Sequence record: DRR723986_1430
Strand: one strand, 5' to 3'
Length of the DNA stretch: 62,712 bases
Part shown: positions 1 to 10,039 of the stretch, piece by piece
Layout: the number at the start of each line of letters is the position of its first letter
How positions within the stretch are numbered: the first letter of the stretch is position 1
Notes under the pieces: generated by a model
What the model saw: the letters and a program-made list of their open reading frames with translations, nothing else
Told to the model about the DNA's origin: nothing
Database searches by the model: none
Program-made: the position numbers and the translations under genes

Positions 1-909
1 AACCACCAAAGATGAACCCGAAAGTGAAAATAAATTATTTTCGGACCCTATGAACAAACGCACACCGCGCCCGTCTTTGGCGAGTTCCATCAATTTGATC
101 AAGTCTTTTTTGCGTTCCAGCTCATCAAACAGCTTTTTCATGCGGTCCAGATCATCGGTGGCCTGCACATTTTCCAGCAGGTTGCTGTGACCGGAGACGA
201 TCAGCGTGGACGGTAGCGCATCGCCGCCTGCCCACACGGCCAAACCACTTTGCACCACTTTTTCTGCTAAGCTGTCTAGCTCGCTTTGATGACTGGTAAG
301 CTCTGCCTCAATGCCCTCTAGCACATCATCCATAGCGCGGCCCGCAAGCCGCGCGTTCAGAAAGTTTGTTGCCTGCACCAAGGTTGCTGGCGGCAGGCCA
401 ACTGGAATGTTAATCAGCCGGTTTTCCACAATACCGTCTTCCGACACCAACACCACAAGGGCTTTGTCGGCGGCAATAGGGACAAATTCTATATGGCGAA
501 TACGCGCTTCCTGGTGCGGTACCATAACTAATGAGGCACACTGAGACAGGCCGGAAAGCGCCTTTGTTGCGTCAGACAAGACATCTTCAAACTGCTTACC
601 AGACGCCGCGCACTGACCTTTAATTGCCTCGCGCTCTGCTTTTGTCAGGTTGCCCACTTCCATCATGCCGTCCACAAACAACCTGAGACCAAGGTCTGTC
701 GGGACACGGCCCGCAGATGTGTGCGGCGCTAGAAGCAAGCCAGCTTCCTCAAGGTCTGACATAACATTGCGAATAGTGGCAGCAGAAACACTGATACCGT
801 CAGCACGGCTGATGGTGCGGGAGCCAACCGGGTCTCCGCTTTCCAGATAAGTTTCAACAATTTGACGAAAGATCGATTTTGACCGTTCGTTTAATCCAGC
901 TATGGACAT
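1..909 (-). CDS. hrcA: Heat-inducible transcription repressor HrcA (3' end runs off the window)
   Basis: Manual translation from CAT at 907-909 gives MSIAGLNERSKSIFRQIVETYLESGDPVGSRTISR...SAATIRNVMSDLEEAGLLLAPHTSAGRVPT, the HrcA winged-helix signature. Divergent from rph, as usual in Alphaproteobacteria. Confidence 0.95.
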   Translation of the reverse strand, partial: MSIAGLNERSKSIFRQIVETYLESGDPVGSRTISRADGISVSAATIRNVMSDLEEAGLLLAPHTSAGRVPTDLGLRLFVDGMMEVGNLTKAEREAIKGQCAASGKQFEDVLSDATKALSGLSQCASLVMVPHQEARIRHIEFVPIAADKALVVLVSEDGIVENRLINIPVGLPPATLVQATNFLNARLAGRAMDDVLEGIEAELTSHQSELDSLAEKVVQSGLAVWAGGDALPSTLIVSGHSNLLENVQATDDLDRMKKLFDELERKKDLIKLMELAKDGRGVRLFIGSENNLFSLSGSSLVV

Positions 910-1135
910 GTTGACCTTTCACGTTTCCATAAACAGTTCAGGCGATAACCTAAGGACACAGCAAGAGCGGCGTCAATCCCATATAATGCGTCAAGAAAAT
1001 CGATCAAGCCCTTTGACCTGCCGTTTAGGGCAGGGTAGAAGGGCGACATATTTGAACAAAGCCAGTGACGGCACCAATAGCCAATGAGCCTTTTTAAGAG
1101 TTCATTGGCAGAATTCGAGATAAAAAGGATGCCTT

Positions 1136-1855
1136 ATGCGACCCAGTGGACGTGCCGATGACGAAATGCGCGCAATTGAAATGATTCCCGGTTTTGCAAA
1201 ACATGCTGAAGGCAGCTGTTTTGTAAAGTTTGGCGACACGCATGTGCTGGTAACAGCCACATACGAAGACCGCACGCCGCCTTGGATGCGCGACAGCGGC
1301 AAGGGATGGATTACTGCTGAATATGGCATGTTGCCGCGCTCCACTCACGGCCGCATGGCGCGGGAAGCTGCTAAAGGCAAACAGTCAGGTCGCACGCAGG
1401 AAATTCAGCGCCTTATCGGCCGCGCCATGCGGGCAGTAGTTGACCTTGAGTTGATGGGCGAACGCCAAATTCGGCTGGACTGTGATGTAATTCAGGCAGA
1501 CGGCGGCACCCGCACCGCCTCTATTTCAGGTGCTTATGTCGCGCTTAGCCAGTGCTTTGACTGGTTGATCAAAAAGGGTGATTTGGCCGTTACGCCTTTT
1601 ACCGACAGTATTGCCGCCATTTCCTGCGGTATTTACGAAGGCACGCCTGTGCTTGATTTGGATTACCCCGAAGACAGCGCAGCCGAAACAGATGCAAACT
1701 TTGTTTTAACCGGCAAGGGTGGCATTGTTGAAATTCAGGCTACCGCCGAAGAAGACCCGTTTTCTGAGGAAGAGTTTATGCGCCTTCTGCGGCTTGCCCG
1801 CATTGGATGCGATGGTATTAAACGCGCGCAGGATGCTGCGATCGCTTCATTCTGA
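1136..1855 (+). CDS. rph: Ribonuclease PH
   Basis: [12 protein letters not shown] start, [27 protein letters not shown] and [18 protein letters not shown] motifs. Confidence 0.97.
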   Translation: MRPSGRADDEMRAIEMIPGFAKHAEGSCFVKFGDTHVLVTATYEDRTPPWMRDSGKGWITAEYGMLPRSTHGRMAREAAKGKQSGRTQEIQRLIGRAMRAVVDLELMGERQIRLDCDVIQADGGTRTASISGAYVALSQCFDWLIKKGDLAVTPFTDSIAAISCGIYEGTPVLDLDYPEDSAAETDANFVLTGKGGIVEIQATAEEDPFSEEEFMRLLRLARIGCDGIKRAQDAAIASF

Positions 1856-1876
1856 TTATCAAGCTAAAGTGGGTAA

Positions 1877-2485
1877 ATGCCAATGGCGCGAAACTTCAAT
1901 GGCACAAAACTGGTAATAGCCAGCCATAACCAAGGCAAGGTGCGCGAAATAGGCGAGCTTTTAGGTCCTTTTGGTGTGGAAACTGTTTCCGTTGCAGAAT
2001 TAGGCTTTCCCGTTCCTATTGAAGACGGCGATAGCTTCATCGCTAATGCAGAAATTAAAGCCTTAGCGGCGGCCACCAAATCAGGCTTACCAGCTTTATC
2101 TGATGACAGCGGCATCGAAGTAAACGCCCTGAACGGCGAACCGGGCATTTACACTGCAGATTGGGCTGGGCCAAACAGAGACTTCACAGCTGCTATGGCT
2201 GAAGTAAACCGCAAAATGGGCGCAGCCGAGGACCGCAGAGCCAATTTTACCTGCGCATTAACGCTGGCATGGCCTGACGGCCACACAGAAAGTTTTGAAG
2301 GCAAAGTTTTTGGATCACTCACATGGCCCATGCGCGGGAAGAATGGGTTTGGCTATGACCCCATGTTTATTCCAAACGGTCATGAGCAAACCTTTGGTGA
2401 AATGGACCCTGCCGACAAACACGCCATGAGCCACCGCGCCGATGCTTTTAATCAGCTAATTGATGCCTGTTTTACCCAAAAATAA
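1877..2485 (+). CDS. rdgB: Non-canonical purine NTP pyrophosphatase (RdgB/HAM1)
   Basis: [23 protein letters not shown] and SHRA motifs; follows rph. Confidence 0.95.
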   Translation: MPMARNFNGTKLVIASHNQGKVREIGELLGPFGVETVSVAELGFPVPIEDGDSFIANAEIKALAAATKSGLPALSDDSGIEVNALNGEPGIYTADWAGPNRDFTAAMAEVNRKMGAAEDRRANFTCALTLAWPDGHTESFEGKVFGSLTWPMRGKNGFGYDPMFIPNGHEQTFGEMDPADKHAMSHRADAFNQLIDACFTQK

Positions 2486-3644
2486 CAGAGCAGACCGGGC
2501 TGCCATTTATGTGCATTGGCCTTTCTGCGAAAAAAAATGCCCTTACTGCGACTTTAACAGCCATGTGCGCGAAAAAGTCGACCAAACCGGTTGGCAAAAG
2601 GCGATGTTGCGCGAAATTGATACATTCGCGGCTCATTTTCCAAACCTGACAGCCAAGTCGATTTTTTTTGGCGGCGGAACCCCCAGTTTAATGCCACCAG
2701 AAACAACACACTTGATTATTGAACGAATAAAATCTTATTGGTCATTAAGCGGTGATATTGAAGTAACACTTGAAGCAAACCCCTCTAGCGTAGAAGCGGC
2801 CAGGTTTCATGACTATGCCCAAGCTGGCGTTAATAGAGTTTCTGTTGGGATTCAAAGCTTTAAAGATGCGTCTTTAAAGTTTCTTGGCAGGTTGCACGAT
2901 GCCGCAGAAGCCACTAAGGCGCTTGAAGTTGCGCGGAACAACTTTTCGCGCGTTAGTTTTGACTTAATCTATGCCTTGCCTGAACAATCACTTGAAGAAT
3001 GGCAAACAGAACTGCAGCAAGCACTGTCTTTTTCACCGTCTCATCTGTCGCTGTACCAACTAACCATTGAGGAAGGCACCGCTTTTTATCACCAGTATAA
3101 ACGTGGAAAGTTTTCGCTACCCAATGAAGACCTTGCTGCAGCACTATTTGAGGCAACCCAAAGCCTCACGGAAAAAGCCGGTCTACCAGCCTATGAAACA
3201 TCAAATCACGCACGCGCCGGTGAAGAATCACAGCATAATTTGGCTTACTGGCGCGGCGAGCCCTATGTGGGCATTGGCCCTGGGGCGCATGGCCGCTTGC
3301 CCGGCAGGTCACTTGGCGCGGCATATGGACACCAGCAAATTAAACGCCCCGAAGGTTGGTTGGCGGCGGTTAACAACAATGGGTACGGCATTGATTCTAT
3401 TGAAGAAATAGACCGTGGTGACCGGGCCGTTGAAGCCATTATGATGGGGCTGCGCTTGAAAGAGGGTATTTGCTTACCCGCCTTTAAGCAGCGCTTTGGG
3501 CAGGACGTAGACACCTATTTAAATCAAGAAGCCATTACAGAGTTGATTGCTGACACCTATATACAGAAAAACGCCGACAATCTGGCGCTTACAAGTAAAG
3601 GGGCGCCCCTTCTAAACTTCCTGCTACCCAAAATACTGCTATAG
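2460..3644 (+). CDS. hemW: Radical SAM heme chaperone HemW (HemN-like)
   Basis: [17 protein letters not shown] (CxxxCxxC), FFGGGTPS and HNLAYW; rph-rdgB-hemW context. Exact start uncertain. Confidence 0.92.
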   Translation: MMPVLPKNNRADRAAIYVHWPFCEKKCPYCDFNSHVREKVDQTGWQKAMLREIDTFAAHFPNLTAKSIFFGGGTPSLMPPETTHLIIERIKSYWSLSGDIEVTLEANPSSVEAARFHDYAQAGVNRVSVGIQSFKDASLKFLGRLHDAAEATKALEVARNNFSRVSFDLIYALPEQSLEEWQTELQQALSFSPSHLSLYQLTIEEGTAFYHQYKRGKFSLPNEDLAAALFEATQSLTEKAGLPAYETSNHARAGEESQHNLAYWRGEPYVGIGPGAHGRLPGRSLGAAYGHQQIKRPEGWLAAVNNNGYGIDSIEEIDRGDRAVEAIMMGLRLKEGICLPAFKQRFGQDVDTYLNQEAITELIADTYIQKNADNLALTSKGAPLLNFLLPKILL

Positions 3645-3659
3645 CCTCTCGCACTCGGG

Positions 3660-5150
3660 CTATTGAGAGCTAGCCCTCAAGGCAAAACCAAAGGCAGGGA
3701 AGCTGGCAGGGGCCGGATCAATCACTTTGAAGCCGTCCCTGCGAACCTCCAGAATAGCAAGGGAACGCTCTACTGTGCCGTCTTCCAAAAACCGGAAAAG
3801 ACCATCCAGGCCAACAAACCCCTCCGGCTTGATAAATCGCTCTATAGCAAATCGAGGGTCCGCAGCAGGGCCTTGATTCGAAGGCGGTAAATTACCCGAC
3901 TGAAGCCTTTCACCCAAAAAGCTTTCATTGTTATTCGATTCACCATTAGCCGCCTCGCCTTCCTCCACTGGTTGCCGCGCCATTGCTGCGACCAAGGCCA
4001 TGGCATCATAAGCAAGTGTCGCCAATCGCGGGGGTGCGCTGCCATAAATCTCTTCAAACCGCGCCATAAATGCGGCTGGTGCGGTAGGCTCGGGGGCCGC
4101 AAACCATGCGCCTTGAAGGGGAGGCTCGCCGAGCAACCCTTCATCATTCCACAAACCTGTACCCAACAGCTTAACGCGGTTTGGGTCTATTTCGTAAAAA
4201 GGCAACAGGGGCGCGAGTGTGCGCATAAGAGCGCCCCCCTCAGGCACCAAAACAGCATCAAAGCTAACGCCCTCCATAACCTCTGCGGCTTCAACGGCTG
4301 TAGCAATTTCATCCGTTAAATCGTCGCTGAGGGAACGCAAAAAACGGACTTCGCGCCGAACATCATCGCGCCGCTCATCGTAGCGCGCTAAACGTTTCAC
4401 GGGTTCAAAAAGCGCATCAGCTTCTGGCGGATAACTTTCTATTGCAGAAATTATCGCCTTGGTATCCGCAATGGCATCGCCAAAAGACGTGCGAATACGG
4501 TTGCCATACCGACCAATCGGCACCAGCGCACCAAAATTATTTAGGCCTTGCGCTGCAGCATAATCAACAACACGTTTAACCTCTGCTTCTGGCAAAAAGC
4601 CCAAGATAAAACGCCCGGCTGCAGCAACAGAACTATCGTTTGAAAAACCAATAACCGGAACACCGGTTGGGGCCAGGGTTTCACCAACAATACGAACATT
4701 TTCCGCCAGCAACGGGCCAAGCACCACAGAGGCACCAGCCTCTATTGCCTGTCTCGCTCTTTGCGCGGCAACCTCCGGGTCAGCCTCCGTATCAAGCGGT
4801 AAAAGCTGGAGCCGTGGGTCGTAAGCATCAAAAAGGGCAATTGTTGCAGCCTTCAATAAAGCCTGTCCTGTGGCACCCTCCGGCCCTGAAAGCGGCAGCA
4901 TAAGCGCAATCACGATAGGCTTTTCATCGGCGCTAGGCTCAACAAGCTCACCGGAAACTATGCGCTCTTCTTCTGGTTTTTCAGCGGGGTGCGGCTGCTC
5001 AACCTCTGGCAAACGCACTGTTTTTTCAACTGGTGCATTGGTGCCGCCACCGCAAGCGGTAAGCAGAACCGGCAAAAGCACAATAGCAGCGGCAAAACAG
5101 TGAACGCGTTGCGCTTTATCCTTTTTGTTGTTCAAGAAGCTTGCGAACAT
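3660..5150 (-). CDS. Lipoprotein, LpoA/LppC-like penicillin-binding protein activator (periplasmic binding-protein fold)
   Basis: Lipobox LLTAC, IALMLPLSG, VLGPLLA, LAYDAMAL and GLDGLFRF...VERSLAILEV motifs; divergent from rsmI. Start taken at ATG 5150 (ORF is open to 5198). Confidence 0.8.
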   Translation of the reverse strand: MFASFLNNKKDKAQRVHCFAAAIVLLPVLLTACGGGTNAPVEKTVRLPEVEQPHPAEKPEEERIVSGELVEPSADEKPIVIALMLPLSGPEGATGQALLKAATIALFDAYDPRLQLLPLDTEADPEVAAQRARQAIEAGASVVLGPLLAENVRIVGETLAPTGVPVIGFSNDSSVAAAGRFILGFLPEAEVKRVVDYAAAQGLNNFGALVPIGRYGNRIRTSFGDAIADTKAIISAIESYPPEADALFEPVKRLARYDERRDDVRREVRFLRSLSDDLTDEIATAVEAAEVMEGVSFDAVLVPEGGALMRTLAPLLPFYEIDPNRVKLLGTGLWNDEGLLGEPPLQGAWFAAPEPTAPAAFMARFEEIYGSAPPRLATLAYDAMALVAAMARQPVEEGEAANGESNNNESFLGERLQSGNLPPSNQGPAADPRFAIERFIKPEGFVGLDGLFRFLEDGTVERSLAILEVRRDGFKVIDPAPASFPAFGFALRASSQ

Positions 5151-5277
5151 GGAACCCTTGGTGTTTGCTGGAGACGATATCGGCATAAGTACCAACATTT
5201 AATGCAACGGCGTTATTATTATCTATAGCTTCAATCTTTGCCTACATATATGCCTTACTTAAATCTGGACCAAAAAA

Positions 5278-6177
5278 ATGGCAGAAATTCGATCAACCAA
5301 CCACCAAGATGACGGTATAGCCGGCACAAAGAGTAGCCAAATTAAAGCTGGGTTATATATTGTCGCCACGCCAATTGGAAACCTGGGCGACATAACCAAG
5401 CGCTCATTGGACACATTAAAATCAGTTGATGTCATTGCCTGCGAAGACACGCGCATTACAGGGAAGCTGCTCAACGCATTCTTAATCAAAAAACCAATGA
5501 TTACCTATCATGAGCACAATGCAGCAGGGCGGTTACTACAACTGTTGCATATGATCTCCGAAGGAAAATCTATCGCCCTGGTTTCTGATGCCGGTACACC
5601 GCTCATTTCCGACCCCGGCTATAAGCTGGTGGAAGCCGCAGCGAAGCAAGGCCTTTATATAACCACCCTGCCGGGCGCATCAGCGGTTGTTTCAGCATTA
5701 ACCCTGGCCGGACTGCCAACAAACCGTTTCCTGTTCATGGGCTTTGCGCCCACCAAAACCAAAGCCCGGCAAGATTGGTTTATCGCAGAAAAAAACACAG
5801 GCGCCACGCTGGTATATTATGAAAGTGCAAAACGCCTTTCAGGTAGCTTGCATGATGCACACACCGCGCTCGGCAACCGGCAAGCCGCTGTTTGCCGGGA
5901 AATAAGCAAAAAGTTTGAACAAGTGGTGCGCGGCGACTTGTTAGTGTTAGCAACGCGCTACGAAAACGAAGGCCCCCCAAAGGGTGAAATTGTTGTGGTT
6001 ATTGCCCCCGCGGACCAGACAAACAATACAGTCTCTAACTTTGATATTGATACTGACGTAATTTTAGAAAAAGCGCTTGAGCATATGAGTGTGAAGTCTG
6101 CTGCGGCTTTTGTGGCGGACCTTACTGGCAGCCGCAAAAAAGAATTATATCAAAAAGCCTTAGAGCTAAACAAATAG
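5278..6177 (+). CDS. rsmI: 16S rRNA C1402 2'-O-methyltransferase
   Basis: LYIVATPIGNLGDIT, ACEDTR and VSDAGTPLISDPG. Confidence 0.96.
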   Translation: MAEIRSTNHQDDGIAGTKSSQIKAGLYIVATPIGNLGDITKRSLDTLKSVDVIACEDTRITGKLLNAFLIKKPMITYHEHNAAGRLLQLLHMISEGKSIALVSDAGTPLISDPGYKLVEAAAKQGLYITTLPGASAVVSALTLAGLPTNRFLFMGFAPTKTKARQDWFIAEKNTGATLVYYESAKRLSGSLHDAHTALGNRQAAVCREISKKFEQVVRGDLLVLATRYENEGPPKGEIVVVIAPADQTNNTVSNFDIDTDVILEKALEHMSVKSAAAFVADLTGSRKKELYQKALELNK

Positions 6178-6181
6178 GGAT

Positions 6182-6548
6182 ATGAGCAAAAGCAGCAAGC
6201 AAAAAGCCGAGCGCCGGGGCCGCACCGCTGAAATGTTGGCAGTGCTTTTGCTAAAGGTTAAGGGCTATCGCATATTAGCGCAGCGTTTTCGCTGTGCTGC
6301 GGGTGAAATAGATATTATCGCATCAAAGGGGGGGGGTGATTGTTTTTATTGAAGTAAAAGCCCGTGAAACAGACCAGATTGCGCTGGAAAGCATTAGTAT
6401 AAAACAACAAAAACGCATCGAAAGCGCTGCGGAGGTTTGGCTACAATCTGAAACTTCACAAAATTTTGCTGTACGATTTGATGTTATTACAGTTGCACCA
6501 AAGACTTTACCAACCCATATGATGGACGCATGGCGACCCGGCTGGTAA
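6182..6548 (+). pseudogene. yraN: YraN-family nuclease-like protein with a +1 frameshift in a G9 run (6328-6336)
   Basis: ATG 6182 reads MSKSSKQKAERRGRTAEMLAVLLLKVKGYRILAQRFRCAAGEIDIIASKGG and then stops shortly after. Removing one G continues into VIVFIEVKAR...RFDVI, giving 121 aa. The span is 367 nt (3n+1). Confidence 0.88.
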
Positions 6549-6615
6549 AAACATAGTGATCAAACCGGGCCGTTAAACTGCACCCTACTCGCCTCAATTT
6601 ACCAAGGAAAACAAA

Positions 6616-7566
6616 ATGGTAACCGCTGACCTTCACGTTGCATTTCAAATGGACCCGATGGAGGGTATTAACATCGACGGCGACAGCACCTTTGTGCTGA
6701 TGTTGGAAGCGCAAGCACGCGGCTACACATTATGGCATTATTTAGCAGAAGACCTTTCTTACAAAGATGGTGACGTATATGCCGCCGCAAGAAAAGTGAG
6801 TGTCCAACGGGAAAAGGGAAACCACTTCAGTGTCTTATCAGACACCATTAACCTAAACTTGCGAGAGGTAGATGTCATTTGGATGCGCCAGGACCCCCCT
6901 TTTGACATGTCCTATATTACAGCAACTCATTTGCTTGATCTTATTGCAGATGACACTTTGGTCATGAACAATCCGGCAGAGGTTCGCAATGCGCCAGAAA
7001 AGCTATTTGCCGCGCACTTCAAAAACCTTATGCCGCCAACATTGATCACCCGTAGTGAAGATGAGGTAAAAGCTTTTCGGGCAGAGCACGGTGAAATCAT
7101 TGTAAAACCTCTATACGGCAACGGCGGCGCAGGCGTTTTCCACTTAACAAAAAACGACTCCAATTTGGGGAGTTTAATGGAAATGTTCCTCGAATCGTCA
7201 CGCGAACCCGTGATGGTGCAAAAGTTTTTGCCTGAGGTTCGCTTAGGTGACAAGCGCATCATTCTTATAGATGGTGAAGCCGTTGGTGCCATAAACCGTG
7301 TGCCGGCAGCGGGCGAAATTCGCTCGAATATGGTTGCAGGCGGCACAGCCGTTCACTCGAACCTGACTGCGCGCGAGCAGGAAATATGCGATACAATCGG
7401 ACCAGACTTGAAAAAGCGGGGCCTAACGTTTGTGGGTATTGATGTTATCGGTGACTGGTTGACGGAAATCAACGTAACCTCGCCAACCGGCTTACAGTCA
7501 ATCAATCAGTTTGACGGTGTGAAACTGGAAGCTAGTATTTGGGACGCGGTGGAAAGTAAGCTTTAA
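6616..7566 (+). CDS. gshB: Glutathione synthetase
   Basis: VAFQMDP, MRQDPPFDMSYITAT, NAPEK and EINVTSPTG. Confidence 0.97.
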   Translation: MVTADLHVAFQMDPMEGINIDGDSTFVLMLEAQARGYTLWHYLAEDLSYKDGDVYAAARKVSVQREKGNHFSVLSDTINLNLREVDVIWMRQDPPFDMSYITATHLLDLIADDTLVMNNPAEVRNAPEKLFAAHFKNLMPPTLITRSEDEVKAFRAEHGEIIVKPLYGNGGAGVFHLTKNDSNLGSLMEMFLESSREPVMVQKFLPEVRLGDKRIILIDGEAVGAINRVPAAGEIRSNMVAGGTAVHSNLTAREQEICDTIGPDLKKRGLTFVGIDVIGDWLTEINVTSPTGLQSINQFDGVKLEASIWDAVESKL

Positions 7567-7577
7567 TTATCAACAAG

Positions 7578-8525
7578 TTAAAATCCGCACACACCCAGTT
7601 TTGAACAAAGCTCATCCAGCTCCTCAAGGCTTTTATAGCTAACGGTTACCACGCCGCCCTCGCCTTTGTGATCAATGGCGACTTTCATTGAAAGCGCGGC
7701 GGAAAGGTCTTTTTCCAGCGCGACCGTATCAGCGTCTTTAGTGCTGGTACCGCCAATGCGACCACCAGGCATAGGCGTCCGCTTAGGAGCCTTTTCAGCC
7801 TTTGCCGCCGCTTCGGTTTGGCGGACACTCAAGCCACCTGCGACAACTTTACCGGCAAGCGTAACCGGGTCCGGCGCGGAAAGAAGCGCGCGCGCGTGGC
7901 CCATGGACAACCGTCCACTATCAACAAGATCACGCACCTTTTGTGGCAGATTAAGAAGGCGCAATAAGTTGGTAATATGACTACGACTTTTACCAACTAT
8001 TTTTGACACAACTTCCTGTGTGTGGCCGAACTCTTCAATCAACTTGCTATACCCTGTCGCTTCCTCTATGGCAGACAAGTCTTCTCGTTGAATATTTTCA
8101 ATAATGGCTATTTCAAGCACTTCTGCGTCGGTTAACTCCCGAACAACGACAGGAACCTCATGTATGCCAGCCATTTGAGCCGCACGCCATCGGCGCTCAC
8201 CAGCAACAATTTGGTATTTATCCTGAGTAACCTCTCTTACCAAAATAGGCTGTAAAAGCCCTTTTTCCTTGATAGATAGCGACAACTCCTCAAGTGCTGC
8301 TTCATCGAAGTTATAGCGAGGCTGGTCACTGTTGCGCTCTAAAAACTCAATCGGCAAACGGCGGCGCCCGCTTTTGTTGGCGGCACCTATTGCATCAGCG
8401 CCCTCACTTGCCTTATCGCTAGAGGTTTGCCCGCTTGGCACAACTGGGTCGTCGACAATTGGGCGGTCATCACCCATTAGTGCGGACAAACCGCGGCCCA
8501 AACCTTTTCTAACCACTTTTGCCAT
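7578..8525 (-). CDS. parB: Chromosome partitioning protein ParB
   Basis: GLGRGLSAL N-terminus, QPR, GLLQPILVR, AGERRWRA and ENIQREDL. Confidence 0.97.
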   Translation of the reverse strand: MAKVVRKGLGRGLSALMGDDRPIVDDPVVPSGQTSSDKASEGADAIGAANKSGRRRLPIEFLERNSDQPRYNFDEAALEELSLSIKEKGLLQPILVREVTQDKYQIVAGERRWRAAQMAGIHEVPVVVRELTDAEVLEIAIIENIQREDLSAIEEATGYSKLIEEFGHTQEVVSKIVGKSRSHITNLLRLLNLPQKVRDLVDSGRLSMGHARALLSAPDPVTLAGKVVAGGLSVRQTEAAAKAEKAPKRTPMPGGRIGGTSTKDADTVALEKDLSAALSMKVAIDHKGEGGVVTVSYKSLEELDELCSKLGVCGF

Positions 8526-8559
8526 GAGATACCTCTAACATATTACTATCATTGAACAT

Positions 8560-9363
8560 TTACGCTGCGTGCTGCTCAGAATCTCGCACCAAAACCTCAC
8601 GCGCCAAATCTATGTAAGCCCGGCTGCCAGTACAGCGATGATCATAGAGTAGAGCTGGTTTCCCAAAGCTTGGTGCTTCGGACACACGCACATTTCTTGG
8701 GATAACGGTTTTAAATACTTTTTCACCCAAATAATCGCGCACATCACCTTCTACCTGAACCGCAAGGTTATTGCGCTTATCAAACATCGTGAGAACAACA
8801 CCATTTATCGACAGCGTAGGGTTTAAGCTGGAACGCACCTGCTCCACCGTTTTCAGCAGCAAACTTAAGCCTTCAAGGGCAAAAAATTCGCACTGTAGTG
8901 GCACTAAAACAGAATCAGCGGCCACAAGAGCGTTTATCGTCAACAAAGAAAGCGACGGTGGACAGTCGATAAGGATGTAATCATACTGTTCCCGCACCTG
9001 AGCCTTCTCCAAAGCGTAACGCAGACGAAAGTTGCGCTGGGGCAACTCTGCTAACTCTAGATCAGCGCCAGACAGATCAATGGTAGACGGGATGATGCGC
9101 AGCCCAGGGATTTCTGTGTCTTGAATAGCGTCTTCCACAGGAGATGCGCCTAATACAACATCATAAGATGTTATTTCACGGTCAGCCCGCTCGATACCAA
9201 AGCCTGTGCTGGCATTTCCTTGTGGGTCTAGGTCTAAAACCAGCACTTTTTTCTTCACCGCCGCTATTGCTGTTGCCAAATTTATTGCGGTAGTGGTTTT
9301 GCCAACGCCGCCCTTCTGATTGGCCACGGCAATAATTTTCGCGCTGACAGCTTTGAGCATCAA
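8560..9363 (-). CDS. parA: Chromosome partitioning ATPase ParA/Soj
   Basis: NQKGGVGKTT, DLDPQGNAS, IDCPPSL and IPRNVRVSEAPS. Confidence 0.97.
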   Translation of the reverse strand: MMLKAVSAKIIAVANQKGGVGKTTTAINLATAIAAVKKKVLVLDLDPQGNASTGFGIERADREITSYDVVLGASPVEDAIQDTEIPGLRIIPSTIDLSGADLELAELPQRNFRLRYALEKAQVREQYDYILIDCPPSLSLLTINALVAADSVLVPLQCEFFALEGLSLLLKTVEQVRSSLNPTLSINGVVLTMFDKRNNLAVQVEGDVRDYLGEKVFKTVIPRNVRVSEAPSFGKPALLYDHRCTGSRAYIDLAREVLVRDSEQHAA

Positions 9364-9393
9364 AAATCCTAAAATATAAACACTAACAAATGC

Positions 9394-10029
9394 TTAGAGC
9401 TTTTTTATATCAGAAAGCCTTAAAATCACACCGTCATGGCTTGATCTGCTGTCAAATCGCTCGACGGTCATATTCCACAAAGCAGCCGCTTGGGTCAATT
9501 CATCTTCTGCTGTTGCCCCCTTCAAAAGCCATATTTCGCTGTTTAACCCAAGAAAAGGATATGACCACTCCAAAAGCTGTGTGATTTTGGCACAAGCTCT
9601 GGAGGTAACAATATCAAAGTTGGCTGGCTGCACCGACTCGATGCGTTGGTCTACAACAGATACAGGTGCGGACGTTTCGCGGGCAATATGCTTCATGAAA
9701 GTACATTTGCGGCCATTGGCCTCGACCATGGTGGCCGCGCCAAGCCCCATGATGGAAAGGACAAGCCCCGGAAAACCCGCACCAGAGCCAATATCGAGTA
9801 TTTTCAGGTCTTGCCCAGGATGGTAACCACGAATATGAGAGTAGAGCTGGGCAGAGTCCAGAAAATGCCGCCGCCACCGGTCATCAAGGGTTGAGTTTGC
9901 CACTAGGTTTTTAGCTTTTTGCCACTTGACCAGTGCTGCTGAATAAGTTTTTAGCTTATCCAATGTTTCACGTGAAACATCGATATCAGCAGCAAACTCC
10001 TCTGGGCCATAAGTATCTGAGCTATTCAC
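9394..10029 (-). CDS. rsmG: 16S rRNA m7G527 methyltransferase (GidB)
   Basis: DVSRET N-terminus, RHFLDS, DIGSGAGFPG and TSRA. Confidence 0.96.
   Translation of the reverse strand: MNSSDTYGPEEFAADIDVSRETLDKLKTYSAALVKWQKAKNLVANSTLDDRWRRHFLDSAQLYSHIRGYHPGQDLKILDIGSGAGFPGLVLSIMGLGAATMVEANGRKCTFMKHIARETSAPVSVVDQRIESVQPANFDIVTSRACAKITQLLEWSYPFLGLNSEIWLLKGATAEDELTQAAALWNMTVERFDSRSSHDGVILRLSDIKKL
9964..9979. promoter_or_regulatory. parS: parS centromere site (perfect palindrome TGTTTCACGTGAAACA)
   Basis: Exact match to the bacterial parS consensus, inside rsmG and about 600 bp from parA. Confidence 0.93.
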
Positions 10030-10039
10030 AAAACGGCTC

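Noticed and set aside
1028..1035. GGGCAGGG as a KOPS motif (reverse complement also at 54742-54749)
   Set aside because: Two isolated hits, both opposite to the polarity expected from this oriC; not interpretable without a genome-wide count.
311..1087. Plus-strand ORFs at 311, 650 and 902, and the many short antisense or overlapping ORFs elsewhere in the track
   Set aside because: They are shadows of well-supported genes such as hrcA, rho, dnaK, ftsK and leuS, and carry no recognisable motifs.
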